This document shows, piece after piece, positions 1 through 14,294 of a DNA stretch of 64,000 nucleotides. The translations under genes were made by a program, and so were the position numbers. The DNA is from Eledone cirrhosa. Taxonomy: Eukaryota. Positions within the stretch are counted from its first letter, which is position 1. Each line of letters opens with the position of its first letter. The DNA lies in contig OZ024740.1 of assembly GCA_964016885.1 (NCBI GenBank), positions 393,762,001 through 393,826,000 of the forward strand, in the 5' to 3' direction. Under the pieces are notes generated by a model. It did no database searches. It saw only the letters and a list, made by a program, of their open reading frames with translations, and was not told where the DNA came from.

Positions 1-545
1 TAATACTATAACTAACTTTCTCATTACTAAGCTGGTATTTGGAACATAACTTAAAACAAGTTATAACATAAAATCATGATGGAAATGTTAAGATAAATAT
101 AAACATTAAGAAAATAGAAAACAGGCTTGCATTGTAGAACCAGGGATGGTTTCAAGTGGTTTAGTACCAAGAATTACTAATATTTTATCACCGCCAATTA
201 ACTAGGTGCCATAAGCATAAGCGATCATGTCTCTTCGTCTCTAACCATCTGGATAGTGGTTGTTGTATTCTTTGTATTGAATGCTCCACTCACACCTTTA
301 TTTTGATTCCGTAACTGATTTTAATGCGTGACTGATGTTCATTTTGTTTTGTTTTTTTACATAATCTTTCACCGTTTTCTTTTTAACTCGCGTTCATATA
401 TATATTCTTCTGCTTGTACTCATACCTATACATAATATATATATATATATAGTCTTCAAATTTATTATTATTACTATATGTATATAAATATATAATTTCA
501 GTTTATTTTGATCATGCTTTTATATTTATTTTTATTTCATTTCAT

Positions 546-797
546 TTTATTTTGATCATGCTTTATTTTAATTTTAATTTTTAATTTCATTCGCACCGTT
601 TCCTCCCACCCCTTTTCGCTATATGTCTCTCCACCACTCCCCTACACACCCTTTGAACTCTCTTCCCACACACTTCTCACCTGAGGAAGGGCTTATGCCC
701 GAAACGTCGTTCCCCACCACCACCCCACTCTCCAGAGCGTGAAATTAATAAACATTCGTTGTACTGCCTCTCTGTTTTGTTCCTGTTCAAATTTTCC

Positions 798-800
<3 letters not shown>
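546..800 (+). mobile_element. Short PLE pseudo-LTR-like element carrying an HHR and ending in (TA)n; second copy at about 6530-6776 on the minus strand
   Basis: About 250 bp closely matching the reverse complement of 6530-6776; contains CTGAGGA..GAAACGTC; 3' end abuts (TA)n at 800. Confidence 0.7.
675..712 (+). ncRNA. Minimal type-I hammerhead ribozyme motif (weak stem I)
   Basis: CTGAGGA-A-gggc[ttat]gccc-GAAA-CG-TC; palindromic stem III ACGT; stem I only 2 bp locally. Confidence 0.55.
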
Positions 801-864
<64 letters not shown>

Positions 865-1387
865 ATATATATATTAGTACGTAATTACGTGTATAATGTC
901 CATTAATTAAAATTTATTTTCAGCTCACCACGTCAAATAAGGTTTCATTCACATATCTAATAGAAGACACTTGCTTCGTGTTCTCTAAGTTGGGATTAAA
1001 CCTGGAACGGCGTTACTGCAAAGCAAATTTCATAACTATACATTCATGCCTGCGCCTATGATGACTGTAAGTGATTCCTTAATTCTTTTTGTTTTGAATT
1101 AGTTTCCATCTTAAAAATTGCCCCACATTAATAGGCCTTTCATTACCATATTTCTAATAAAACACTCTGCATATATTATTCTACTAATTCTGAAAATATC
1201 CAAGTATTTGGAGGAATTTTGTAATTTAATATATTTATGATTGAAATGGTATTTGAAACATAAATTAACAACATTTTCTAACGTGATGGAAGAGTTAAAT
1301 TTACATATGAACATTTAAAAATAAATGACTTTCTATCATTAAACCAGGGGTGGTTTCGTGTGGGTTTGTATTAAAATGTTTAAGGGT

Positions 1388-1504
<117 letters not shown>

Positions 1505-1885
1505 GTAGAGCAATATCTAATAACCTTCCTTTGGGTTCTGAACTGAAATGGTGTTCGACGTTGACTTCGCCTTTCACCCTTCCGGGGGCCCGATGAAATA
1601 AATATAAATCAAGTATTGGATCGATTTAATAGACCATTCCCTACCTTTAAATTTATAGCATTTTGCCACTGTTCGATATCAACATTCCACTGTTTTAAAT
1701 GCTCCACAAACACGATGTATCTGAATGTCTCATAAATTCTCCACAATTTAATATGTTCCATATCATGTATTTACGCCGAAGAAGCAGAATGTATTATACG
1801 TCTATTTTATCGATCTGGATTTATGCCATGACAATAAATGGTATTGAATTGGATTTCAGTTTCTATCCAGAAGATACATAATTCT

Positions 1886-1957
<72 letters not shown>

Positions 1958-1986
1958 TGTTGCTGCTGTTGCTGCTGCTGCTGCTT
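1886..1986. repeat. (TAC)n(TGC)n compound microsatellite
   Basis: Direct reading. Confidence 0.97.
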
Positions 1987-2033
1987 GTTTAAGCGGTGTA
2001 TATTAGAGATTCCATATATAATTGTCTTTTCAT

Positions 2034-2170
2034 AGGTGAGGAATTGGCAGACTAGTTAGAACATTGGATAAAATGCAGTATTCGTTCTGTCGTTTTACCC
2101 TTTGAGTTCTAATCTCACCGAGTTCTATTTTGCTTTTCATCCTTTCCGAGTCGATAATATAAAGTATCAG
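2034..2170 (+). mobile_element. Diverged tRNA-derived SINE
   Basis: TGGCAGA A-box-like, GAGTTCTAATC B-box-like, core ttttcatcctttccgagtcgataa. Confidence 0.7.
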
Positions 2171-5100
2171 TCCAAAGACTGTGGATTATTAGAATTACTT
2201 GAGCATAAGTCGAGATACCTTTTTGTATTTGCTCCAGATCTTTTCGTTTTGAGTTTAACTTCCGCGAAGTTGTTGAGCGCCTCATCGAAACCACACTTGG
2301 CAAACGTGAACAGGTAAGACAAAAACCAGAATAGTTGCTACGACTTCATGCAATAGTGGATCGAATGCGGCTGGATGAAATATGAGTGTGGTGCACAGTT
2401 AAAATAATATCCAGAGTAAAATTTAAAATTCATTTGACCCTGAAAATGTAATCTGATTTGTTTCACTTTTCCTAAGGTGACTTTTAATATTTACTAACCA
2501 AGTCTTAACTAAACGTCAAAAGATATTTTTTTAAACTTCGAAAATTATATTTCTACATTTTGCTTCAGACTTCTCAATTACAGGTTTATTTTGTTTTCTA
2601 TAATTCCAGCAAGGTTCTTCAATTGTTGCATCTGTTTCTGTTGTTTATTTCCAAATTCGGAAGCTATTGTTGTTTGGCATGGAATATAGTTTCCATCTCA
2701 TTCTCCCTTTTTCACCCTACCTCTTTCATTCTACCCCCTCATCCCACACACGCCGTTAGTTCGTATTTTGTTTCTTATTTCACTATTATTCTTTTCTCTC
2801 TCTGCATTTCAACATTTTTATTTTGCCTAAATAATTTTCTAAAATACTTCCATTTCATCTTTGTTTGGTGATTTGATAATTGGTCTTGGACTTTTCCCAA
2901 CTTATTTTCTATTTTCCTTATTTATCTATATTTTTTAAAGCTATTTATTATTAAATTCCTTCGTTTTATCTTGGAGATATTTAATCTCCTGACTGCTTTC
3001 TTTTTCTTCTTGCTCGTTTTTCATATCTTCATATATATTTTTCTGTATCTAATTTTTTATTTATTTATTTCGTCTCTTTCACATACCTTTTATCCTTATT
3101 TCTTTAGATTTCCTATATATATTATTAATCTATTTGTTGTTTAGAACATAGTTCTAGAAATTCGATAAATCCTTTTACATTCCCATGTATTTTTTCCTTA
3201 CTGCCACTTTCTACCAAAATTGTTCGTATTTTGTTTTAGTTTCCACTTTTAACATTTATTAGGCTGCTCCATTGTTTTCTTCTTACGTATTTCCAAGTTT
3301 GGTTCTGCATTGTTAATTTTCTGTTGGTCTGACTGGTGTTGTGTTGTTTATTTGTGTGTGACTGTGCGCTTGTATTGAAAGGTTTCTATGACAACAAAAA
3401 CAACAACATAGCGCCTTTGCATGTTAAGCTCATTGATATACTATAGGGTCAAACGTCAGGTTGAGGTTTCTCTATTTAATTTACATAATTAGAAACCGAG
3501 CTTGTTACCAATCATTTCCCTTTGTACGTTTCACTTCATTGTTTTAATTTTTCGCGCTTGTCATAAATTCCTTCTTTCTTGCCTTCACTTCTTCATTCAT
3601 TCATTCGTTCATTCATTCATTCATTATTTTTGTTTGTATATTGCCTTTGTTATATTGATTCAACGATCGTTTTGTTTATATAGATGTTGATTGGAAATGG
3701 ATACCGAAAATGCTTTTACGTTATTTTATATACTTTGTTCTCTTTCTCTTTTGCTTGGTATGTCAGAATGAATATATTAATGAAACAATTATTTCATTAT
3801 ATTTTATTGCTTTCACCAGCCTCTTTATGGATTTGCATTATTTCCCATGAAAGTAAAGAAAAAAGAAACAAACACGAAAATAAAAGCAAACAAACGAATA
3901 AAACAATTGTTAATAGAATCTCAAATTGTTCCATAACTTATTTTTGTTCATATTTTGTTCTCTCTCAGCCCCAAATTATAAATGTTTTTGTTTGGCTTTG
4001 TGTTGTTTTGGGGGTTTGAGTAGTTAATAAATTGATGTAAGTATTATTATCCAGATAATTATTTTCTCTTTTCGCCTTTTGCTTTTTACTACGTTTCGAT
4101 CGACATACGTACAAATATATGTAAATATACACACCACATAGACTTGCTTGTAAGTCTAATCGATAGAGTATTGAACTACAGAACTGAAAAGTTAGGAATT
4201 TGTTTATAACCATCGATACTCCATGGACGTGGTAAACATGCTAGGAACTTTATTACTCAGTACATCTTGCTTTAAATATGCACCTTGACACCGACACAGC
4301 TGAGCACTGTAAACAGGAAAAATATTCCAAAATAAAACTAGTGTTTCGTTAGCTTTCTTTGTTGAATTCAACTACTCCAAATTGTTTACATCGTGGCCCG
4401 GTTTTAATCAACCCTATTGTTTCTCTTTCTGTTTTTACAGCGATTTAGATTCAATTTCAAATAACAAGCTGTCTTAGGATTTTTATTCAATTACCATTGG
4501 TATGTTGGTTTAATGTCACATGACATTCTATTTTATACTCTATAAGGGAGTTGTTATGAGATGCTGAGCAAGAGACAAGAATTTATGTTAAAGCGGATTT
4601 TAAAGTACTTCCAATTACAAACGAGATAATATCACAAGAACAGGAAAATAGGGCAGAAATAGATTAGAATGTGGAATTAGAACATCTATTTCTAAACTAA
4701 GTGAAATAATGCTCTTATCCACTCGTCAATGCCTAAAGAGGATGCTAATAGTCCGAAATATTACAATATTATTGACAAAAACTCATTTCAAAGATGTAGA
4801 CATTTAATAATTCATCATGTTGACTGTAGGGCAAGAACATAGTGAATCAACTTCGCAAAATAAAGATGATTATCAAAACATTAGCGTCTTATGATTAGTC
4901 ACAAATGCTCCATATTCCAGGTAGAAAGATTAAGGAGGTTGTACCGTTTATACTATTCAGAAATACATTACTAAGATAAGGGGAAATGAAACAGAATTGT
5001 TTTAGAAAAAAATAATGAAACAAGACTGCAGTTAATATTTGCCGAGAATGTTTTGACGTGAGACAAAGAAAGAGTGATATTTATTATTAGAGAAAGGCTG

Positions 5101-5594
5101 TTTTCGTCTTTCATCGTAGTTTTATTAATTATCGAATGTTTTGTGATTCCCACACCCTTCCGTAGTAGCTATGGAGAAATCTAGCTGTTGTGTTCAACAA
5201 TCCTCAACTGACTACCCTTTGGAAAATATTCGAAAGGAAATAATTCGCTTTGAAATAATAACCAAATACGCATTGAAACTACACAGACCAGAAGCTAAAT
5301 TGGTTAATGTAGTTTCTGATAAACAAAAAATACAGGATTACCATGGTCAAAATGCGTTTAATCATAGGTCGGCACTTATAAGGTTGATCTGGAACTAAAC
5401 AATCACAGTAACCACGACATACTAAGATAGTTAAGGAGCTGACAAGATAGTCGATATGTAGTCAATGAAAGAGATGCAAATAGCAGGGAAATGCCACCAA
5501 CCGGCTTCAAAAAATTAATATTGCATCGGATAATATAGGTTAAAAAGGGATGGGCATGCCTGGATCTTATGGTCATAAACTTGTTGAATCCGCG

Positions 5595-5604
5595 CTGCTG
5601 CTGT

Positions 5605-5683
<79 letters not shown>
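5595..5683. repeat. (CTG)n(CTA)n microsatellite
   Basis: Direct reading. Confidence 0.97.
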
Positions 5684-5685
<2 letters not shown>

Positions 5686-6115
5686 AGCAGCAGATAATTT
5701 TGTATTTCAAAGTGTTTCACTTCAGAATCTCTGTGCATATAATGATCTACAGGTTGAGTTTTCCTACAAACCTTTATTTAAACAACTTCATAAGTCAGGA
5801 TTCGTCCATCCTCTCAGCATGCAAATCAATATTCATAATTATCTAAAAAAAAAAAAAGAAATAACGTAAATAAAAGAAAACAGGAAAGTAAAAATTTAGC
5901 TTTTGCAAAGGAATTCTCATGTTTTTTTTGATTTATTAAATTTTTTAATAATTATTTTAATTAACTACTTTATCAATCGACTGCCTCAGCTAAAGACGTA
6001 GCTGATCTATAATAGCAACAGAAAAAAATGTTTGCAAATTATACACTGATGTTAGTAATAATCTCGGAAATATGGCAGAGGCTTTATACGCTCACAAACA
6101 CAGACATACACACGC

Positions 6116-6207
<92 letters not shown>

Positions 6208-6210
<3 letters not shown>

Positions 6211-6338
6211 TTAGTTCCTCAATAAATTAGCAAACTATACACGAGGTCGCGTGTTTCACCGGGCGGATTTTCAAGCTGTGCATGGCTGTGGTGAGATGAG
6301 AACGGGTGTGGTTTGCTAATTTGTTGTGGAACTAACTC
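6208..6338. repeat. Imperfect inverted repeat (about 35 bp arms) between (TA)n tracts, with an HHR 3'-half on the minus strand
   Basis: gagttagttcctcaataaattagcaaac / gtttgctaatttgttgtggaactaactc; minus strand GAAA-cacg[cgacct]cgtg-TA. Confidence 0.7.
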
Positions 6339-6400
6339 TATACTGAATTCTTCCTTTGGACAATGTGCTTTACCAACTACGGATATAACCTCCCCGTTGT

Positions 6401-6490
<90 letters not shown>

Positions 6491-6499
6491 GTGTATATA

Positions 6500-7760
6500 G
6501 TGTATATATTCACTATATACACGTATATAGTGAAAAATTGAATGGGAACAAAACAGAGAGGCAGTACGAACAAAGGTTTATTAATTTCACACCCTTGAGA
6601 GTGGGGTGGTGGTGGGGAACGACGTTTCGGGCATAAGCCCTTCTTCAGGTGAAAAGTGTGTGGGAAGAGAGTTTAAAGGGTGTGTAGGGGAGTGGTGGAG
6701 ACATATAGCAAAAAGGGGAAACGGTGCGAATGAAATTAAAAATAAAGGCATGATCAAAATAAAATTAAAATGGGGTAAAACAGGTGGTGGAAGGATGTGG
6801 GGCGTATAGGGGTGGTGGCGGGTGGAGTGGGGAGAGGGAGACGGGGTGTCCGAGCTGGGAGGGCTGAAGGTGGTGTGTGTGTATAGGTGTACGTGTGTGT
6901 GTGTGTGTATGTGAAAGCAAGGGTTGGGGGAAGAATGGGGTTGCATGTTCAGGAAGAGGTGTGTGTGAGGTGGGGTGTAAGTCGGAGTGTGCGTGCATGT
7001 GTGGATAGAGGGGGGGGGGAGAGGATTCCGGAGGCTGAATGTGTAAATATGTGGTGGTACGCACGTGTGTGTGTGGTGTTTATGCGTGTTGTGGATGTAG
7101 GTGGCGTGTGGGAAAAAAATATTTTTGGCGTGTATGCCTGGGGGTGAGTCGTAAAGGTAATTCCGTAAAAAGATGTGGTGGAATGCTGAGTAAAATCCTT
7201 GGGATGCGATAGATTCTTGGGATCAAGGTTCACATATGTATAATCCGTGAAGAGATTGGTCGGAAGAGAGGAGATGTGGGGTGCGCGCGCAACAGAAAGT
7301 GGTCAGAGGGTCAAGGCAGGAGGAGGGTTGTGTGTCTGTGTGTGCGGGGAGGTGGTCAGAGAGGCATAGCAGCAGTAGGGTAAGTGAAGAAAGTCGGTGT
7401 GTCAGTGTGTGCGGAGGTGCGGTGGACAGGGGAGAGGATGGGTAGGTGTGAAAGTTGGAGTGAGGAGGGTGTGTGTGTGTATTAGTAGAGGTGTTAGTGG
7501 GATGTGTGAGTGTTTGAGAAAGGGTTGTGGGTGGAGCAGGGAGAGAAGGGTGTGGGGGCCGATGGAGGGAGTGTAGTCTACTGGTGTGTGTGTGTGTGGT
7601 GAAGGGGGTGTTAGTGGGTGTTAGTATACTGGAGGTGGAGAAAGGGTTGAATGCGGGTGTGAGTGGGGGTCAGTGGTGGTAGGGTGTGTAGAGTGGGTGG
7701 TGTAAGAAGGTGTGTGTGTTCGTGTGCGTAGGGTTGGGGGGTGTTAGTAATGTTAGTTGC
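6500..7760 (-). mobile_element. Longer copy of the 546-800 PLE-like element, with a low-complexity C/A-rich body
   Basis: 3' 250 bp matches 546-800 and ends near (TA)n 6408-6489; the upstream boundary is a guess. Confidence 0.55.
6619..6655 (-). ncRNA. Minimal type-I hammerhead motif (same family as 675-712)
   Basis: Minus strand CTGAAGA-A-gggc[ttat]gccc-GAAA-CG-TC; differs from the other copy at the variable N7 core position. Confidence 0.55.
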
Positions 7761-7874
7761 GTGTAGAGTGGGTGGTATATATGTATGTATAATATATATA
7801 TGTATGTATAATATATATATGTATGTATAATATATATATGTATGTATAATATTTATATATATGTATAATATATT

Positions 7875-7933
<59 letters not shown>

Positions 7934-8014
7934 GGTAAACAGAAATAACAACACAATCGGTACAGTATATGGAAGGGATATATTAGGTTAACGCTTGATA
8001 TAGCAGGAAGAGGG

Positions 8015-8050
8015 TCTTAACGTTTCGGACGCTAATCTTTCATCAGAAGA
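8015..8050 (-). ncRNA. Minimal type-I hammerhead ribozyme
   Basis: Minus strand tctt-CTGATGA-aagattagcgtcc-GAAA-CG-TT-aaga; stem I tctt/aaga; stem II weak. Confidence 0.7.
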
Positions 8051-8255
8051 AAGAAGGAGAATAAGATAGATTGAGGGGACGGGCGGGTTGGAATTGGAAA
8101 ACATGTCTTTAGATAAAAATAACAGGTCCATTCATGTTGACATCCCTTGCAAAACTGTTGGTGCTGGCGTTTTGTGTATGATTTATTTATATAAGAAAAT
8201 AAGGTTTTTTTAAATGAAAAAAAAACGAGATGTCCTACACGAGTGAAAGTATAAG

Positions 8256-8488
8256 GAAAAGAAATCGAAAATGCAACTGGAGTCTTTTAAAGAATATTTA
8301 TTTGTTTCCTTTACCGGTTTGACAGTTCTTATGCTTTTCAAAAGTAGAATTGAGATGGAGGGTTTGTGTAAAAACCACAAACCCTCCATCTCAATTCTAC
8401 TTTTGAAAAGCATAAGAACTGTCAAACCGGTAAAGGAAACAAATAAATATTCTTAAAAAGACTCCAGTTGCATTTTCGATTTCTTTTC
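8256..8488. repeat. Near-perfect hairpin, 113 bp arms, 7 nt loop, abutting (TA)n
   Basis: 8256-8368 is the reverse complement of 8376-8488 with one visible mismatch. Confidence 0.95.
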
Positions 8489-8527
<39 letters not shown>

Positions 8528-8603
8528 CGAAGGAAATGTGGTAAGGAACCACGAGGACCATAACGCACCAAAGTACTCAATACTTAGGGTAGTAGAGTGG
8601 GTA

Positions 8604-8722
8604 ATAGGAACGAGTAGAACCCCGACGGCTGAGCTCAAGCCGTTTCGACGGCTAATTCTGGAATCCAGAATTAGCCGTCGAAACGGCTTGAGCTCAGCCG
8701 TCGGGGTCCTACTCGTTCCTAT
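8604..8722. repeat. Near-perfect palindrome (59 bp arms) built from an HHR 3'-half
   Basis: Centre at 8663; arm reads GAAA-cggct[tgagctc]agccg-TC-ggggtc; ends in (TA)n. Confidence 0.93.
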
Positions 8723-9164
8723 ATATATATATATATATATATCAGAATAAAGTTACTTCAATCATATTATGCCGTAAATAGCTCGAAATCTCTATTTTTA
8801 CAGTGCTTCATTCATACAAAATTTTTTTTTAGGTAAAATAATATATAGTACATTAAGATTAAGAACATTACAAGCAAAAAATATATTTAAGGAAAAACAT
8901 AATGTTACTTACATTTTGATCAGACCACGGGTTTATGGTAACCGAGAAATTATACTAATTAACATAGCTAATTAGATAATTAAGTCTGTCATAACTCATC
9001 AGTGACTAAGTCTTAAAATATACTTTAACTTAAACCAACTTGTGTTGGAAAGTAGCCTCTACACCGACTAATCATTCAGCCAAAAGGAACACGCAATTTT
9101 ATAAGAAAAAAACCCCCACATGAATTTGTTAGAACGTTAAAAGCTATAGATGTGTCCTCTAAAC

Positions 9165-9365
9165 CAGGCATGTCATGCTGAGGGTCCCCCGAGGGCCACA
9201 TGTATCACATATGTGTTGTCTGAGGGCCACACACGACAACTAATTGCGCATATTACAACTAATGTTTTTGTTCTATATTACGAAGATAAAACATGCTCGC
9301 AATGTAAAAAACATTTGTGCGGACCGCAGGTTTGCTTGTAAAGGGCCGCATGTATGACATGCCTT
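9165..9365. mobile_element. hAT (Charlie-like) MITE
   Basis: TIRs caggcatgtca / tgacatgcct(t); 8-bp TSD ctctaaac (9157-9164) / ctctaaaa (9366-9373); subterminal GGGCC(A/G)CA motifs. Confidence 0.8.
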
Positions 9366-9419
9366 CTCTAAAAAACTCTATGCCCCCCACCCATATTGTC
9401 TAGAGCCGCATTCTCTATG

Positions 9420-9610
9420 CTGAAGATAACAGTAAGTGCACCTACATCGGAGCAACGGGGGCGGATTTTAAATCCCGTTTCTATAACCACACCAGCTCCT
9501 TCAAATATAGGCATAACAAATCGCAAACCAGTCTGGTGGAGCAGGTGTGGCGATTGAAGGATAACAAGAAATTTCAGGAAGAAATGGGAAATTCTTAAGC
9601 GCAGACAGTG
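9420..9610 (+). pseudogene. GIY-YIG endonuclease fragment of a Naiad-type PLE
   Basis: Hand translation CTYIGATGADFKSRFYNHTSSFKYRHNKSQTSLVEQVWRLKD parallels the EN of the 10.3-11.7 kb ORF. Confidence 0.8.
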
Positions 9611-9739
9611 CAGGCTTTGTTTTTAGGAGTCAGCGGAGATCATCAAACTAAAGGACAACGGGATCAACTCGTGGTCTGAAGTTGTGATGAACGGTATAAA
9701 CCATCGAGCGCACCTATTTACTAGGTAAGTAGCCCCACA

Positions 9740-10075
9740 GATCGCTATACTCTCCTGTTTCACCTGAGTTGTTGATCTTGTGTTTAACATAATTTGTCCA
9801 GTTGGCTTGTTCCTGCGCTGCACAAATTAGTGCAACTTTTTTTGCACCCATAACCACCTCTTCTCCATCGGTTCTGGCTACTTTTCTTTCCATCTCCTTT
9901 CAGTTTCAATTCGTTTCTCCTTGTATTCGGCTTTTTCTAATGCGATCTCCAATTTTCAACAGATTTGACTTTTTCATAACAGCAATGGTTCAGTGGCATT
10001 CTTTATGCACCAGGTTCCACTATTCTCTTCTGTTCTCACACATCCTTCACAACTGATGAATCCACTTCTTTCTTT
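9740..10075 (-). mobile_element. R4/Dong-like non-LTR retrotransposon fragment
   Basis: Minus-strand translation ALICAAQEQA..TNYVKHKI, the conserved block just before the CCHC motif. Confidence 0.6.
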
Positions 10076-10084
10076 CGTATAATC

Positions 10085-10320
10085 TGTCAACATCACTCCT
10101 TGGATGAAAGGTCCCGTTCATTGTAAGTAACTTCCTTGTGACACACACTGAGGTGGCTGTAGAGGCCAATCCTGGACCTGGAGGTTCTGGTACAGTTGGG
10201 GCAAGTGTTTATTTGGTCAGTAGGTAGTTGGGTTGAGGACTGCTTTCTTCTTTGATGTTTGTCTTCAGCCGCCGTCTTCAAAGCTGGCAGCAGCTGTTTC
10301 GATGGTCACTCTCCATTTCT
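10085..10320 (-). mobile_element. RTE-clade LINE 3' fragment
   Basis: C-terminal zinc finger CPNCTRTSRSRIGLYSHLSVCH (ORF 10093-10281). Confidence 0.75.
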
Positions 10321-11730
10321 CTCTGTGGTTTATATCGTGATGACTGTCTTCTTCTTTCCAACAACCTTAGCCTCTCAGAAATAGAAAAAAACAAAAAGCT
10401 TAGAACTTTCCTTAAAGACTATTATAGTCTTCATATTACTTTTGAAAACACAAGTAAAGTAGTTAATTTCCTAGATATAACTTTAGACTTAGCTACGGGT
10501 ATCTACCAACCTTACCATAAACCCAACCAAAACTTACACTACATACACTCACAATCTAATCATCCTAAATCTATCCTTAAAAACCTTGCATATAATATAT
10601 CACTTAGAATTTCTAACCTTTCGTCTAACCAAGATGTATTTGATAAAAATGCGACCTTCTATAACGAAGCTCTAGATAGAAGTGGCCACAAAAATAGATT
10701 AGAATATATACCTTCTACTAAAAATACTATAAACATACAACCTAATATTACCAACAAACACCAAATGAAAAGTACACACCTAAATGCCACTCACACTATA
10801 CCCCAAAATACCAACAACTCCTCTAATATAAAGTATAGTAACTCTCAAAAAACTACTCATCATACAACTCTAATAAATGTTAATAATAAAACTCCTAATA
10901 AACAAGATAAAACACCTAAATCAATAAATCTAACTAAAAATGTGCGTGGTGAGGTCATTAACATTAATCCTCCTAGTAAACATCACGATGCAACCTATAC
11001 AAATAATAAACAACATAGAAACCGTAATAGACGAGTTACTTGGTATAATACTCCATTTAATTTACAAATTAAGGATAATATTGCTAAAAAATTTTTTTAT
11101 ATCCTAGAGAAAAACTTCCCGCCAAACCACAAATACCATCAAATCTTAAATAGATCAACAGTTAAATTCTCATACTCAACAACCAAAAACATAAAACAAA
11201 ATATAAGTGCCTATAATGCATATAAATGTAAAAAAACCATAAGTATACCACCAATACATCAAACTAACCATAATATCTCCTCAAATACAGAATTAACGAA
11301 AGGTTGTAACTGTAGAAACAAAGCAAACTGCCCATTAAAAGGAAATTGTCTTGTTAACAACATAGTTTATAAATGTAAAGTTAAAACTAAAGATTCTATT
11401 TGCTCATATATAGGAGCTACTTCTAACAATTTTAAGGTAAGGTTTAATACCCACAAACATAGTTTTAAAAATGCCGCACTGGCTAATACAACATCTCTAG
11501 CAGAAAAAATTAATAGTTATAGAAATAAGAATATAGAATATGATATGACCTGGAGTGTGCTCAAAAGAGCCACCCCTTATCAAAATAATAGAAATTAATG
11601 TAGATTATGTTCCCAAGAACTATTTGAAATAATGAAATCTAAGGATATCCTATTAAATAAGCGACAGGAATTAATTATATCGTGTAATCATAGACTGAGA
11701 AAAACATTTAAATATTATAAACCTAATTAA
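10321..11730 (+). pseudogene. 5'-truncated Penelope-like element (Naiad-type): RT C-terminus, linker and GIY-YIG endonuclease
   Basis: GLYRDD, VNFLDITLDL, YIHSQSNHP, WYNTPF, CNCRNKANCPLKGNC, IVY..YIGAT..FKVRFNTHKHSF; after an in-frame TAA (11596-11598) the frame continues CRLC..E..LLNKRQE..CNH to a stop at 11730. Confidence 0.92.
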
Positions 11731-12600
11731 TAATATATATTTTAGAAATTAATATATAATTTAATTTAAATGTAGTTAACCTATAACTTTAAGTTAATTA
11801 AAATTCTACTACAGATGAGATTTAAAAATATTGTGTAATCATAAATTGTGAAAAACTTTTAAATATTATTAACATAATTAATATATACTTTGTAAATTAA
11901 TTTATAGATTAATTTTAGTTTATTTAACCTTTTATTAAAATTCCTTTACAGATGAAATATAACAAAATATCGTGTAATCAATAACAGAGAAATACTTTTT
12001 AATATTATAAACCTAATTAATGTACAATTTAGAAATTAATTTATAAATTAATTTTAATTTAGTTAACCTATAATTTTAATTTAGTTAGCTTAAAATTAAA
12101 ATTCTAATACAGATGGATTGCAGAATATCATGTAATCTTAAACTGAGATAAACTTTTAAATATATACCTAATTAATATATTCTTTACAATTAAATATATA
12201 TATATATATTAATTTTAATTTTTGTTAACCTATAATTATATTCTACTATAGATAAAATACAAAATCTGCTTTAATTATTATAAACCTAATTAACATATAC
12301 TATAGAAATTAATATATAATTTTTAATTTAGTTAACCTATAATTTATATTCTACTACCGATGAAATACTTGATTTGATTTTCCCTATTACTAAATTCATT
12401 TCCTAAAATTGATACCATAATGTTAATATTTTTAATTTAGTTATGCTATAATTAATACTCTACTACTGTTTAACTTCAAAATTCCGCTTTAAATATTATA
12501 AACCTAAGTAGTATACACCTTAGAAATCAATATATTAACTATTTTTAATTTAGTTAACCTATAATTAATAGTCTACTTATATTAAAATGCATAATTTTGC
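11678..12600 (+). repeat. Degenerate AT-rich tandem repeat of about 150 bp, starting in the last codons of the PLE ORF
   Basis: Recurring gtgtaatca..aaatattataaacctaattaa..gttaacctataa at about 11680, 11830, 11970 and 12130, with partial copies beyond. Confidence 0.8.
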
Positions 12601-12759
12601 CTTCTTTTTTACATTTCCTAATACTGAAACTACTATGTAAACACATATTATGATCTAAATGCAGATTAATATTCTATGTTCCTTGAAACCTATATTTACT
12701 ATTTCCCACTAATAATTTTAATCCCCCCCCCATAATTATTCGTATTTGTAAGCGTGGAT

Positions 12760-14060
<1,301 letters not shown>

Positions 14061-14294
14061 ATAAACATACAGAGACATTAGCCCTGAATTTTTTGTATTT
14101 ACATACATTTTTTCGACATGCGTATGCATGTGAACATATATTTTTATGCATATCTGTGAACGAAGTTACTTACATATATACACACACCTAACTGTATTTT
14201 CTTGATATATTTTTGTGTATTTCATTGGTCTATTTGAACTCTGTTCCCAAACAGACCTATAATTTTGAATTGTTGTTATTATCAATAAATATAT

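Noticed and set aside
2560-3350. Strand-biased (A-rich minus strand) segment resembling a decayed LINE ORF
   Set aside because: No recognisable motif
4420-4500. Splice-acceptor-like ttctctttctgtttttacag
   Set aside because: No supportable exon or protein similarity
10252-10320. N-terminus of the 448-aa ORF
   Set aside because: Chance read-through from the antisense RTE fragment; PLE homology starts at about 10321
11596-11598. Possible selenocysteine read-through, as reported for some Naiad PLEs
   Set aside because: The in-frame stop is TAA, not TGA, and sits before the CxxC rather than at a Cys position
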